Below are positions 13,206 to 26,849 of a stretch of 64,000 bases of DNA, piece by piece. The notes beneath the pieces were generated by a model. The model was not told the origin of the DNA and ran no database searches. It saw nothing but the letters and a program-made list of their open reading frames with translations. The stretch is from Octopus sinensis (Eukaryota). The DNA is taken from assembly GCF_006345805.1 (NCBI RefSeq), contig NC_043026.1, positions 2,542,001 through 2,606,000 on the forward strand. The letters run 5' to 3'. The position numbers were made by a program, and so were the translations under genes. Every line of letters starts with the position of its first letter. The stretch's first letter is position 1.

Positions 13206-13296
13206 TTTTAGTACGATCGTTTCATACAAGGACAGGTTTTATTAAAAGTTGCAAAGATTACAGCATATAAACGAGTCCTGTACTCATCAGCTAAAA
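13206..13296 (-). ncRNA. Type I hammerhead ribozyme (inverted pLTR)
   Basis: Reverse complement of the 16272-16362 motif. Confidence 0.8.
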
Positions 13297-16271
13297 TACA
13301 TGTAAGTTCTCAAGACATCCTAGTGGTTGAGGCTATACTCATGAAGTAATGTAGATAATTAGGTAACATAAACAGATTTCTAAAGTTCATTAAAGTTCTT
13401 TAAAGATGATGTACAGTCTTATCACAGAATTTTACAAAAGTTTTGATAGCATCACAGAGAAGGTGACCTAATCCATAGTGCACATATGAATTTCCAGAGA
13501 TATGATGATGGATTATATACTCACAGAAGACAAATTTATCCATTGTTAATTACAACGAGGTGGGTCTCAATTCCTGCTTATTAGCATTACAGAGAGGGTG
13601 AATTAATCCTTTGTATAGATGCACAAATTCCAATGGTGTAGATGTAAATTTCCAGAGAAATGGAGATGAATTTCATATTCACAGGCGATAAATTTTTCAA
13701 TGGTTGAACACAATGAGGTAGGTATCAATTCCTTGTTATATGATTAGGTATTTGCCACATTAATCACATTAGTGCTATTCACAAGAGGCTGTAGCTATTT
13801 AACTCTTAAAGGCAGAAGGGCTTTCTAGAGCGGCCAAGAATGGAGAAGGGAATAGAAGAAAAGAGAGAAAATAATGGAGGAGGGAGTAAAAAGGGGGGGA
13901 AAGGGGGACTAAAAGAGGAGAGAAAAGGAAACAGAGAATAAGAAGAAGAAAAAAAAAAAAGAAAAAAGAGAAAAGAGAAAGAAATAGGGAAAGAAGGGGA
14001 AAAAAAGAGAAAAAGAAAAAAAGAGGGTTCTAGTTATACAGAAGAGTTAGTAGACTGCAAGTCTGGTTTTATCAACAGGCATCTAGGAGCTAGAGGAGAA
14101 TCTTATTCTTTGACCAGTAAACCGCTAATTTATTGCTGTTGAAATCAGCTATGAGTTTAAAGAGAATCTAAAGAATAACACAGTCAGGGGTTAAGTGGTC
14201 AGATGCTAAAATCACCAGAAAATACATTAGGAAAATCTAAGCATAATCTTATCAAAAAGTCATTAAAAATTACTTATTTAATTTTTATTCATTTTATTGT
14301 CTTAAGAGTTGTCGTTATATTCATACATTGACTGGCTACAGGTCAAATCTTATAAGATCATATACAAGGTGTTAGGGATTGTCTATCATAATGAAGATAA
14401 TCATATTATCACCGATGGAATAGCCTTATTTATTTAATTTTGAAATAGAATTATGGGGCTACAGTAACTCATTATAATTTATTAGAGTTATGCTACTTAA
14501 ATTAGAATAAGTTAGGAATTAAATTAAACATTACAATTAAGATTTAAAATTAAGAATTTAAAAATTGTGAGTTTGAAATTAAATAAAGCCTCAATTAATA
14601 GCGAATAGTACTATTCATTTCCCTGCTCTCAAAAAACTGATGCAGATATAAGGAAAAAGGTAACTGTAATGTGTGAGAACTCTAGTTATCTACTTAAAGC
14701 AGTGCTATACTAGTAGAAATTAAGTTATATCTATCTATCTAGTTACGAATATTCCAATCATTTAAATATTTTAAAGTCTTCAATTTAGCGTGGACACAAA
14801 CTTGACCTAGTTCGATATGGTTATTCAATAAGTTTCCATGTTTTACTATGCTTTAGAATTTCGTACGTCTCCATGGAGCATAGTTGACAACAACCCTACT
14901 ATTTTTATACGGAATTGCTCTCCTAACTATTTCCCAATTAAGGGTATAATTTTTATTATTATTTTTGAGTTCCCAGATTTTGTTTGAAAGTGTGGTGGTA
15001 CCAGCTTTATGACGTAATTTAAAAGTCGAGATGTGATTTCTAACTCTGGCTAAAAAATTTATTGTACAGCCAATGTAAAAATATTTGTTATTCTCTGTGG
15101 ATATGGTACATTTATAGATTACATTATTTTCCCTACATAGACCAGGTGCCGGGCATTTTGATTTTATTCTACACTTACACACAGGAGGAACAACTTCAGG
15201 CCTTGGATTATTCTTGGGTAGATGTTTAGGTTCCTATTATTTTGATTATCATTTCTATAGTTGGTGCTGATATTAAAGTATTGCTATTATTTATTGATCC
15301 TTCTGTTTCATCATTTAGGTGTAAAGTCCTACCAAGATTTCTTATATTATTCGTAATGTTATTATTATTGTTAGTCTTTTATCCGACTGCATATTATTGT
15401 TATAGATATCACTGATATTTTCATTCTCCTTATTTTCTCCATTAGCCTTATTTCTATTATTTCTATTATTAACAATATTACTTCTATTAATATCGGCATT
15501 GTTATTATTACTATTAATGTTAATGTTATTAGTCATTCTGTGGTTACTAATTTCACCTATGTTTTGATAGTTCCTATTGCTGTTTTTATGTTGTGGTAGT
15601 ATTATTGTTATTGCTATTGGTATTCATGCTGATATTATTATTTTTATTTCTATCTTTCCTGGCTAGTTTAATGTTGTTTGTTATTATTATTTTAGCTATT
15701 AAAGTGGACATATTTGGGAGGGTTGAATAAGAAATCCTAACTGTTTTCCTAGAAATAATTTTATGATATCTATGAGAGATAGGAAAATTTTTTTCCAGAA
15801 TCACTTTGAATGTGGCAAATACCTAATCATATAACAAGGAATTGATACCTACCTCATTGTGTTCAACCATTGAAAAATTTATCGCCTGTGAATATGAAAT
15901 TCATCTCCATTTCTCTGGAAATTTACATCTACACCATTGGAATTTGTGCATTATACAAAGGATTAATTCACCCTCTCTGTAATGCTAATAAGCAGGAATT
16001 GAGACCCACCTCGTTGTAATTAACCATGGATAAATTTGTCTTCTGTGAGTATATAATCCATCATCATATCTGGAAATTCATATGTGCACTATGGATTAGG
16101 TCACCTTCTTCTCTGTGATGCTATCAAAACTTTTGTAAAATTCTGTGATAAGACTGTACATCATCTTTAAAGAACTTTAATGAACTTTAGAAAATGTTTA
16201 TGTTACCTAATTATCTACATACTTCATGAGTATAGCCTCAAACACTAGGATGTCTAGAGAACTTACATGTA

Positions 16272-16362
16272 TTTTAGCTGATGAGTACAGGACTCGTTTA
16301 TATGCTGTAATCTTTGCAACTTTTAATAAAACCTGTCCTTGTATGAAACGATCGTACTAAAA
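16272..16362 (+). ncRNA. Type I hammerhead ribozyme (5' pLTR)
   Basis: TTTTAG CTGATGA GTACAGGAC [~40 nt] GTCCTTGTAT GAAA CGATCG TA CTAAAA: stem I, canonical core, stem II, palindromic stem III, GUA site. Confidence 0.82.
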
Positions 16363-16559
16363 CCTATCCATTCTGGTTGCTTCTTTCTCGCTTATAATCA
16401 CCCCGCATACTGTATTGTTAAATCAGTATGTTTTTTTTGGTGCATCTAGTTAGGTACCATATTCAAGTAAATTCATTTAAATTAACTTGAATCTTTATTG
16501 CTCTTTGAATATATTCCCATACAGTCTGTATGTTTTTCTGGTACTAATTTCTCAACAAG

Positions 16560-19385
16560 AATGGAAAAGTAAACATTGATTCTTCCCTAAAGACATCCCC
16601 CTTACATAGTATAGATGAATATATTGGCTTCTCATTCATAGGATTAAACGATTTCATTAGAAGAATCAGGTGGAAAACGTACCATTTTGATGTCAAACAG
16701 AAGAAGAAACCTCAGGAAATGAATACCGAAAAGAATTTTAGAAGAATTTTTAAAAGTAGAAAAGCCACCTTAGAACCCGTTCCTGGAGAACTTTGAGAAA
16801 GACTTGCTGAATCTTATAGATGATATTAGCTTCAATGAACACCCGTTAAGATATAACCCTCACCTTAGACACCTTAGGAACTTTATTCAGTCAACCCGGT
16901 GCAAACATGGAATCCTAGTACCAGCAGATAAAACGGGTAATATGTATAGAGTTGATTACGATATTTATAGCAAATTAATTAGGAAGGAGCTAAACTCCAA
17001 ATATAAAATTACAACTAGGTACAATTTGAAAAAAGTAAACATGGAAATGAAAGAGATCATGGAGAAACTAAATTTAACAGATAGAACGAAGCCACTTAAA
17101 CCCTGTGAGCCCAGGATCAACCTTAAAGACCACAAAAGGACTTCTTGGATAACCCTTCGGTAAGGCTGATCTGTCCAACTAAGTCGGACATTGGCCGACT
17201 TAGTAAATCTATCCTGGATACTGTTCTACCCAAATAACCCCTCTTCTCCCCTTAAACCTATGGCTAAGTACCGACGAAGTTCTTAAATGGTTAACTCTCT
17301 AACTAATACTAGTAGTCTGTCCTTTATTCAGTTTGATATTAATAGTTATTACTCTAGCATTTCCCCTATCTTACTCAACAAATCACTAATATTTGCCATG
17401 AATCGCTCCCTCATAACTAGAGAAGAAATCAATATTGTGCTACTAGCTAGGAAGACATTTATTGAATTTGAAGATAAATTATGGACTAGAGCAGATACAC
17501 CAAATTTTTTGATATACCAATGGGTTCCAGTGATTCGGCTGAGGTAACCAACCTAGTAGGCGCATATCTATTAAAAGCATAAGCAAGGATATCCCAGAAA
17601 TACAGGGGGGGTCTATATAGGATGATGCTCTGTTTGTTATCCCTAGTAATAATAATCTGTTATAGAAAGGATTAGAAAGAAAATAATAAGTTCTTTAAGG
17701 ATTTCAACCTCAGTATAACGTATGAACCGGGCACTAAAATAGCTAATTTCCTAGATATTACCCTAGACCTTAACTCCAAGCTACATTACCCATTTAGAAA
17801 GGAGGGCGAAGTCACGAATTACGTAAATAAATTATCAAATCATCCCCCAAATATAATAGAATCTTTAGTAAGAAATATTTCATTAAGAATTTCAAAATTA
17901 TCATCCAATAAGGATATTTAACTCCCATTCTGAGCATTATAATGCGGCGTTAACTAACGCTGGATACAACCAAAAGATTACATTCGTTGATAAGGGGAAC
18001 TCACGTATTCCTAATAATGAAGTTATCAGTAATCACGTAAGCAGCAATAAAGACCAAGCCCGAAATAAAAGTAGAATTAAATTAACGGTAAACGCTAATC
18101 TAGAGTACAGGCCCAACAATTCAAATAGAAGCATTGACCACAACATAGGTAACTCGGATAATATTGAAGTAGATAAACCTAAGATGCACACAAATAAAAA
18201 TAAAAATAATGGTAATAAATACAATAACTCCGGATGAGATGAATAGTAGTAATTCTTCGAACCCTAAATTCTATAAAAAAGATATATTATGGCTGAATAT
18301 TCCTTTCAACTGTGCGATTCAATCGGATATACAGAACAAATTCAAAGTGATTCTGGAAAAAAATTTTCCTATCTCTCATAGATATCATAAAATTATTTCT
18401 AGGAAAACAGTTAGGATTTCTTATTCAACCCTCCCAAATATGTCCACTTTAATAGCTAAAATTAATAATAACAACATTAAACTAGCCCAGGAAAGATAGA
18501 AATAAAAATAATAATATCAGCATGAATACCAATAGCAATAACAATAATACTACCAACAATAAAAACAGCAATAGGAACTATCAAAACATAGGTGAAATTA
18601 GTAACCACAGAATGACTAATAACATTAACATTAATAGTAATAATAACAATGCCGATATTAATAGAAGTAATATTGTTAATAATAGAAATAATAGAAATAA
18701 GGCTAATGGAGAAAATAAGGAGAATGAAAATATCAGTGATATCTATAACAATAATATGCAGTCGAATAAAAGACTAACAATAATAATAACATTACGAATA
18801 ATATAAGAAATCTTGGTAGGACTTTACACTAAATGATGAAAAAAGAAGGATCAATAAATAATAGCAATACTTTAAATATCAGCACCAACTATAGAAATGA
18901 TAATCAAAATAATAGGAACCTAAAACATCTACCAAGAATAATCCAAGGCCTGAAGTTGTTCCTCCTGTGTGTAAGTGTAGAATAAAATCAAAATGCCCGG
19001 CACCTGGTCTATGTAGGGAAAATAATGTAATCTATAAATGTACCATATCCACAGAGAATAACAATATTTTTACATTGGCTGTACAATAAATTTTTTAGCC
19101 AGAGTTAGAAATCACATCTCGACTTTTAAATTACGTCATAAAGCTGGTACCACCACACTTTCAAACAAAATCTGGGAACTCAAAATAATAATAAAAATTA
19201 TACCCTTATTGGGAAATAGTTAGGAGAGCAATTCCGTATAAAAATAGTAGGGTTGGTTGTCAACTATGCTCCATGGAGACGTACGAAATTCTAAAGCATA
19301 GTAAACATGGAAACTTATTGAATAACCATATCGAACTAGGTCAAGTTTGTGTCCACGCTAAATTGAAGACTTTAAAATATTTTAA
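16560..19385 (+). pseudogene. PLE RT-GIY-YIG ORF, frameshifted in this sequence
   Basis: VPADKTGNMY, FIQFDINSYYSSIS, PMGSSDSAEV, GGLYRDD, NFLDITLDL, SNHPP, CKCRIKSKCP linker, VIYKC...FYIGCT...RVRNH, CQLC; Asn-rich inserts. Start and end approximate. Confidence 0.88.
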
Positions 19386-20167
19386 ATGATTGGAATATTC
19401 GTAACTAGATAGATAGATATAACTTAATTTCTACTAGTATAGCACTGCTTTAAGTAGATAACTAAGAGTTCTCACATTACAGTTACCTTTTTCCTTATAT
19501 CTGCATCAGTTTTTTGAGAGCAGGGAAATGAATAGTACTATTCGCTACTTAATTGAGGCTTTATTTAATTTCAAACTCACAATTTTTAAATTCTTAATTT
19601 TAAATCTTAATTGTAATGTTTAATTTTAATTCCTAACTTAATTCTAATTTAAGTAGCATAACTCTAATAAATTATAATGAGTTACTGTAGCCCCATAATT
19701 CTATTTCAAAATTAAATAAATAAGGCTATTCCATCGGTGATAATATGATTATCTTCATTATGATAGACAATCCCCTAACACCTTGTATATGATCTTATAA
19801 GATTTGACCTGTAGCCAGTCAATGTATGAATAATAACGACAACTCCTTAAGACAATAAAATGAATAAATTAAATAAGTAAATTTTTAATGACTTTTTGAT
19901 AAGATTATGCTTAGATTTTCCTAATGTATTTTCTGGTGATTTTAGCATCTGACCACTTAACCCCTGACTGTGTTATCTCTTTAGATTCTCTTTAAACTCA
20001 TAGCTGATTTCAACAGCAATAAATTAGCGGTTTACTGGTCAAAGAATAAGATTCTCCTCTAGCTCCTAGATGCCTGTTGATAAAACCAGACTTGCAGTCT
20101 ACTAACTCTTCTGTATAACTAGAACCCTCTTTTTTTCTTTTTCTCTTTTTTTCCCCTTCTTTCCCTA

Positions 20168-20201
<34 letters not shown>

Positions 20202-20844
20202 GTTCTTATATTCTCTTTCCTTTTCTCTCTCTTTTAGTCCCCCTTTCCTCCCCCTTTTTACTCCCTCCTCCATTATTTTCTCTCTTTTCTTCTATTCCCT
20301 TCTCCATTCTTGGCCGCTCTAGAAAGCCCTTCTGCCTTTAAGAGTTAAATAGCTACAGCCTCTTGTGAATAGCACTAATGTGATTAATGTGGCAAATACC
20401 TAATCATATAACAAGGAATTGATACCTACCTCATTGTGTTCAACCATTGAAAAATTTATCGCCTGTGAATATGAAATTCATCTCCATTTCTCTGGAAATT
20501 TACATCTACACCATTGGAATTTGTGCATCTATACAAAGGATTAATTCACCCTCTCTGTAATGCTAATAAGCAGGAATTGAGACCCACCTCGTTGTAATTA
20601 ACAATGGATAAATTTGTCTTCTGTGAGTATATAATCCATCATCATATCTCTGGAAATTCATATGGCTATGGATTAGGTCACCTTCTCTGTGATGCTATCA
20701 AAACTTTTTTAAAATTCTGTGATAAGACTGTACATCATCTTTAAAGAACTTTAATGAACTTTAGAAATCTGTTTATGTTTAAATTATCTACATTACTTCA
20801 TGAGTATAGCCTCAAACACTAGGATGTCTGAGAACTTACATGTA

Positions 20845-20935
20845 TTTTAGCTGATGAGTACAGGACTCGTTTATATGCTGTAATCTTTGCAACTTTTAAT
20901 AAAACCTGTCCTTGTATGAAACGATCGTACTAAAA
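20845..20935 (+). ncRNA. Type I hammerhead ribozyme (3' pLTR)
   Basis: Same motif as 16272-16362. Confidence 0.82.
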
Positions 20936-20999
20936 ACCTATCCATTCTTGTTGCTTCTTTCTCGCGTATATACATATATATATATATATATATATTCAT

Positions 21000-21610
21000 G
21001 TATGTGTGTGTCACTGTTTGCCCTCCCATCCCCCCACAAACGGTTGACAACCGATGTTGGTGTATTTACATCCCCACACTTAGCAGTTCACCAAGAGAAA
21101 CCGATAGAACAAGTCCTTGGCTTACAAAGAATATGTCCTGGGGTCGATTTCTCTGAACCTTTAAGGCAGTGCTCCAGTGTGGCCACATTCAGAAGATTGA
21201 AACAAGTAATAGAATAAAATTATACATAGGTGTAGGAGTGGCCGTGTGGTAAGTAACTTGTTTACCAGCCACATGGTTCCGGGTTCAGTCCCACTGCGGG
21301 GCACCTTGGGCAAGTGTCTTCTACTATAGCCTCGGGCCAACCAAAGCATTGTGAGTAGATTTGGTAGAAGGAAACTGAAAGAAGCTTGTCGTATATATGT
21401 ATATATATATGTGTGTGTGTGTATGTTTGTGTTTGTGTGTGTGTGTGTCCCCAACATCACTTGACAACCGATGCTGGTGTGTTTACGTAAGTTAGCGGTT
21501 CGGCAAAAGAGACCGATAGAATAAGTACTGGGCTTACAAAGAAAAAGTCCTGGTGTTGATTTGCTCCAGCGTGGCCACAGTCAAATGATTGAAACGAGTA
21601 AAAGAGTAAA
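21000..21610 (+). mobile_element. Two adjacent SINE copies (3' half ~21000-21210; near full-length 21228-21610)
   Basis: Match to the 10237-10645 family. Confidence 0.8.
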
Positions 21611-21914
21611 GAATATACAAACAGGTGTGTGTGTGTGTATGTATCCATGTATAAACATACATATGGATAAATACATATATATATGTGTGTGTATATATAG
21701 ATATACATGTGTGTATGTATGGGTGTATATATGTAAGGACGTATGTGTATATATATATATATATATTTCTACACACACACACATACGCATACATATACAC
21801 ACATACACATATCCATACATGCACACACACACTCACATACATTCATTGATATTATGCCTTTGGCTGATCAGAAAATTGTGATCCTTTTGTCAGAAGAAAA
21901 TTGAAGAAAACCCC

Positions 21915-22247
21915 TCATATATGTATATATATATACACGCATATATATATATACATATATGCATATATATATATATACACACATATATATATACATAATA
22001 TGTTATATATACACACACACACATATATCTATAATATTATATACATACATTATATATATATACATACATGCTAGCATGGAGAATGGACGTTAAACGACGA
22101 TGATGATACATATATATATATATATATTACATACATATATATATATATATATATATACATACATATATATATTATATATATACATACATATATTATATAT
22201 ATATACATACATATATATTATATATTATATATTCTAAATATATATAT

Positions 22248-22312
<65 letters not shown>

Positions 22313-22351
22313 AATATATATATATATTAAATATATATATATATATATAAT

Positions 22352-22392
<41 letters not shown>

Positions 22393-22454
22393 CATACATA
22401 TATATATATATACACACAAATATATAACATATATATATATATACACAAATATAT

Positions 22455-22485
<31 letters not shown>

Positions 22486-22603
22486 CACACAAATATATAT
22501 ACTTATGTGTATATATATACACACACACACATATATATATGTATATATATATATACATACATATATATATATATGTATATGGGTATATATATATATATAT
22601 ATA
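21915..22603. repeat. (TA)n/(CA)n microsatellite with a short RTE 3'-end remnant (~22068-22108)
   Basis: TA run containing GCATGGAGAATGGACGTTAAACGACGATGATGAT. Confidence 0.9.
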
Positions 22604-22642
22604 AGAAAAAAGGTTTGAAAATGCAATTTAAACGATGTTTAT

Positions 22643-22687
22643 TTACTTAACCGGTTTCACTCTTTGGTAAAAGATTGTCAAAAGTAA
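22643..22687 (-). ncRNA. Hammerhead-like motif, U3-A8 core variant, in a probable PLE pLTR remnant (~22604-23260)
   Basis: Minus strand reads UUACUU UUGACAA UCUUU-UACC-AAAGA GU GAAA CCGG UU AAGUAA. Confidence 0.55.
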
Positions 22688-23448
22688 CATTAAAAGTAAC
22701 ATTGAATAATATGGGTTCAAAAAAGTTTTTACATAATTGTCACATTGAATATTATGCATTCAAAAATGTTTTTACATAATTGTCACATTGGATATTATGA
22801 ATTCAAAAATGTTTTTTTATACAAAATTGTCACATTACATGTATAAATATAGTGTTTGGTAACAGAGAAGTTCAATAGTGTGATGAGAATATTTGGGAAA
22901 ATTTGGCAGAAAAGGATAAAACAAATATATTATTGGAAATTTGGTTGCGTTAATTATTGGTTGTCGCAATTGTCACATACATGTATATATATACAGTCTT
23001 TGGTATATATATACAGTCTTTTGACAGGAAAAATTAAAATGGATTTTTTATACATCTCAGAATATTTTAAGTTGAAGGCGAGAATATGTTTTTACTGACC
23101 TGTTTGTTTTAGCAGAAAGGTTGAATTGAGAGAAAAAAAGATGTACCCAGTGTGGTGTATACTTCCCCTTTAAGCATGAATGATTTTGGGGTTATCGGGA
23201 GGTTAGTATGCGGGTGTGAATAGATGTGTTCCTGCCTGCTGGTCAGACAGTGTCTGTTTGTCACACACATATATATACGCACACACACACACACACACAA
23301 CAACACACACACTAGTATACAAACACACACCACATACACACACACACACACACACACAACGCACCCACATATATAATATATACACAACGCACACAATATA
23401 ACATGTATTTATATATAATATACACACATTATAACACACATACACACA

Positions 23449-23486
<38 letters not shown>

Positions 23487-23628
23487 TACATAATATAAAT
23501 ATCACACAATACACCTAGCATATATATACACATACAATACAACATACAGCATGTGTATATAATACACATACACAATATATATAGTATATATAATACATAC
23601 ATAATACATACATACATACATATATAAC

Positions 23629-23678
<50 letters not shown>

Positions 23679-23769
23679 TATATAATATTACATACATATA
23701 TATAAACATATACATATATATATATATATATAATATATGTATATATGTATATATATATATATACATATA

Positions 23770-24092
23770 CAAAAAGCAATAAAGATTCAAGTCAATTTTA
23801 ATGAATTTACTTGAATATGGTACCAAAAAACTATACGGTTTTAACCATACAGTAATGTGGGGTGATTATAAGCGAGAAAGAAGCAACAAGAATGGATAAG
23901 TTTTTAGTACAATCGTTTCATACAAAGACAGGCTTTATAAAAGTTGCAAAAATTGCAGCATATAAACGTGTCCGTACTCAGCAGTAAAATACACGTTTAT
24001 ATGCTGCACATTTTTGCAACTTTTAATAAAGCCTGTCTTGTATGAAACGATTGTACTAAAAACTTATCCATTCTTGTTGCTTCTTTCTCGCT
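23770..24092. mobile_element. Fold-back pLTR-only remnant of the 13-21 kb PLE family, with a degenerate hammerhead
   Basis: 23770-23995 resembles 13055-13300; 23993-24092 is its partial inverse; core reads CUGCUGA; TA-flanked. Confidence 0.85.
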
Positions 24093-24163
<71 letters not shown>

Positions 24164-24292
24164 ATAGAAATATTAAAATTACTAAGTCTCTTCTAAAAGA
24201 GAACAACGGCAGCGTTTCGGAAAATAATAGTTATCGCCATACTAATTTTTATAAGAATGCCATATTAGTATGGCGATAACTATATATATATA

Positions 24293-24373
<81 letters not shown>

Positions 24374-24389
24374 TATATTTATATTATTT

Positions 24390-24448
<59 letters not shown>

Positions 24449-24510
24449 ATACATATTTATATATATATATATATATAAAATATTATATATATATATATAC
24501 ATATATATAT

Positions 24511-25262
24511 ATCATCATCATCATCATCATCATTTAACGTCCGCTTCCATGTCGCATGGGTTGGACGGTTCAACTGGGGTCTGGGGAGCCCCGAAAGCTG
24601 CACCAGTCCAGTCAGATCTGGCAGTGTTTCTACAGCTGGATGCCTGCCTAACGCCAACACTCCGAGAGTGTAGTGGGTGATTTTATGTGCCACCGACACA
24701 GGTGCCAGACGAGGCTGGCAGACGGCCACGCTCGGATGGTGTTTTTATGTGCCCCGACACAGGTGCCAGATGAGGCTGGCAAACGGCCACGATCGGATGG
24801 TGCTTGTTACGTGCCCACAGCACGGAGGCCAGTCGATGCAGTACTGGCTACGGCCATGTTTGGATGTTTTCTTGTGTGCCACGTGCCACCGGCACTGGTA
24901 CCACAATGCAATAATTCCATTGATGTTCATCTATTTTGATTTGTTTGATTTTCACTTGCTCAACAGGTCTTCACAAGTGTCACAAGAAGGAAGGTATGCA
25001 CAGGTGGATTGACTACGTCCCAGGTAGGGGGCCATGGGTTATGCCCTGACTAGTCTTGCCGGGTCTTCGGATGGTGTTTTTATGTGCCACCGACACAGGT
25101 GCTAGATGAGGCTGGCGAACGGCCACGATCGGATGGTGTTTGTCATGTGCCCACCGCACTGACTACAGCACTGATGGATTTCTTGTGTGCCACAGGCACT
25201 GGTACCACAAGATACAAATTCCATTGATGTTCATCTATTTTGTCTATTTCGATTTGATTTGA
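24511..25262 (-). mobile_element. RTE LINE 3' UTR copy with internal repeats
   Basis: Matches 1800-2300; (ATC)n tail at 24511. Confidence 0.85.
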
Positions 25263-25384
25263 TATATAATATATATATATATATATTATATACAATATTT
25301 ATTTATTTATATATAACATATATATATATATATTATAGATTACATATTATATATGATATATATATATATATATTATATATATAG

Positions 25385-25415
<31 letters not shown>

Positions 25416-25488
25416 CTATATATATATGATGTATATATTATATAATATATATATATATATATATTATGTATATATATATTATATATAT

Positions 25489-25521
<33 letters not shown>

Positions 25522-25619
25522 TTTATGTATATATATATATATATATATATACATATATATGTATATGTATATATATTATATACATATATATATATATATA
25601 TTATATATATATATATGTC

Positions 25620-26065
25620 TTTATTTTTAATTTGTTGTTAATCATTTGCCTGCTCTGCAAATCATTGCCTTTAGTAAGACCAGTGTTAATCATTTGCCTT
25701 TAGTAAGACCAGTGCTTATTCTATAGGTCTCTTTCAACCGAACTGCTAGGTTACGGAGACGTAAACACACCAGCTTCGGTTGTCAAATGATGTTGGTGGG
25801 GACACAGACACACAAACATACACACCCACACACATACATTCATGTATATATATATAGATATATATATATATTATATATATATATATATACACACATACAT
25901 ATGACGGGTTTCTTTCAGTTTCCGTGTACAAAATTGACTCAAAAGCCTTTTGTCAGCCTGAGGCTATAGTAGAAGACACTTGCCCAAGTGCCACGCAGTG
26001 GGACTGAACCCAGAACCATGTGGTTGGTAAGGAAGCTACTTACCACACAGCCACTCCTGTGCCTA
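25620..26065 (-). mobile_element. tRNA-derived SINE
   Basis: Reverse complement of the 10237 family. Confidence 0.75.
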
Positions 26066-26139
26066 TAAAATGAAAAGACACACGAAATACCATTAAATAT
26101 TTTGGCCAGCATGCAAACACTTCTGCCAGCTCGTATATA

Positions 26140-26140
26140 T

Positions 26141-26176
<36 letters not shown>

Positions 26177-26400
26177 GTTTAACGTCCGTTTTCCATGCTG
26201 GCACGGGTTGGACGGTTTCGACCGGGGTCTGGGGAGCTCGGGACTGCCCCAGGTTCCAGTCTAGTCTGGCAGTGTTTCTACAGCTGGATGCCCTTCCTAA
26301 CGCCAACCACTCCGTGAGTGTAGTGGGTGTTTTTTACGTGCCACCTGCACAGGTGCCAGAGGGGTCTGGCATCGGCCACGTTCGGATGGTGCTTTTTATG
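26140..26400 (-). mobile_element. RTE LINE 3' UTR copy
   Basis: (ATC)n followed by TTTAACGTCCGTTTTCCATGCTGGC. Confidence 0.8.
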
Positions 26401-26849
26401 TGGGGGGGTGGGGGGTGCAGAAATATATAGGGGAGCACCAGTGGGGAGGGGTGGTTCAGAGAAATAATGACAGGTTCTAGGCAAGTAGAACGTAGGATAT
26501 CAAGAGAGGGGTAATGCATGGTGAAATAGCGTGTTGAAGAGTAGACACCTATAATGGTGGTGGGAGAAGCGACAATCCGGTATAGATGGAGTAAAAATAT
26601 AGAGATATCCGGTATTGGTGGTGGGTGGGTGGGCAAGGGCGGGTGCACCGGGAATATGCGAATGTTGAACTGATGGGCTGGCTTAAAATGCTTTTTGGAA
26701 GGGGGGAAAGGAAGAGGGGGAATGGAGACAACGTAAAAGAGGGAGAGAGAAAAGGGAATAGTGGAAAACCCCGCGAAAAATGGGCCGCCATTGAAAAAAA
26801 ACCCCTGTATGGAGAAATAATATGCAATACGAGGCGAAGCTGAAAATAG

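Larger units (their letters stand above)
13055..20965 (+). mobile_element. Near-complete Penelope-like retroelement: inverted 3' copy (13055-15808), pLTR (~15810-16510), ORF, 3' UTR, pLTR (~20388-20965)
   Basis: 13055-15808 is the reverse complement of ~18340-20965 plus the distal pLTR end; direct pLTR repeats; RT and GIY-YIG motifs; (TA)n on both sides. Confidence 0.93.

Noticed and set aside
18960-19275. Possible selenocysteine (in-frame UGA) at conserved PLE cysteines
   Set aside because: The linker and C-terminal Cys codons read here are TGT/TGC
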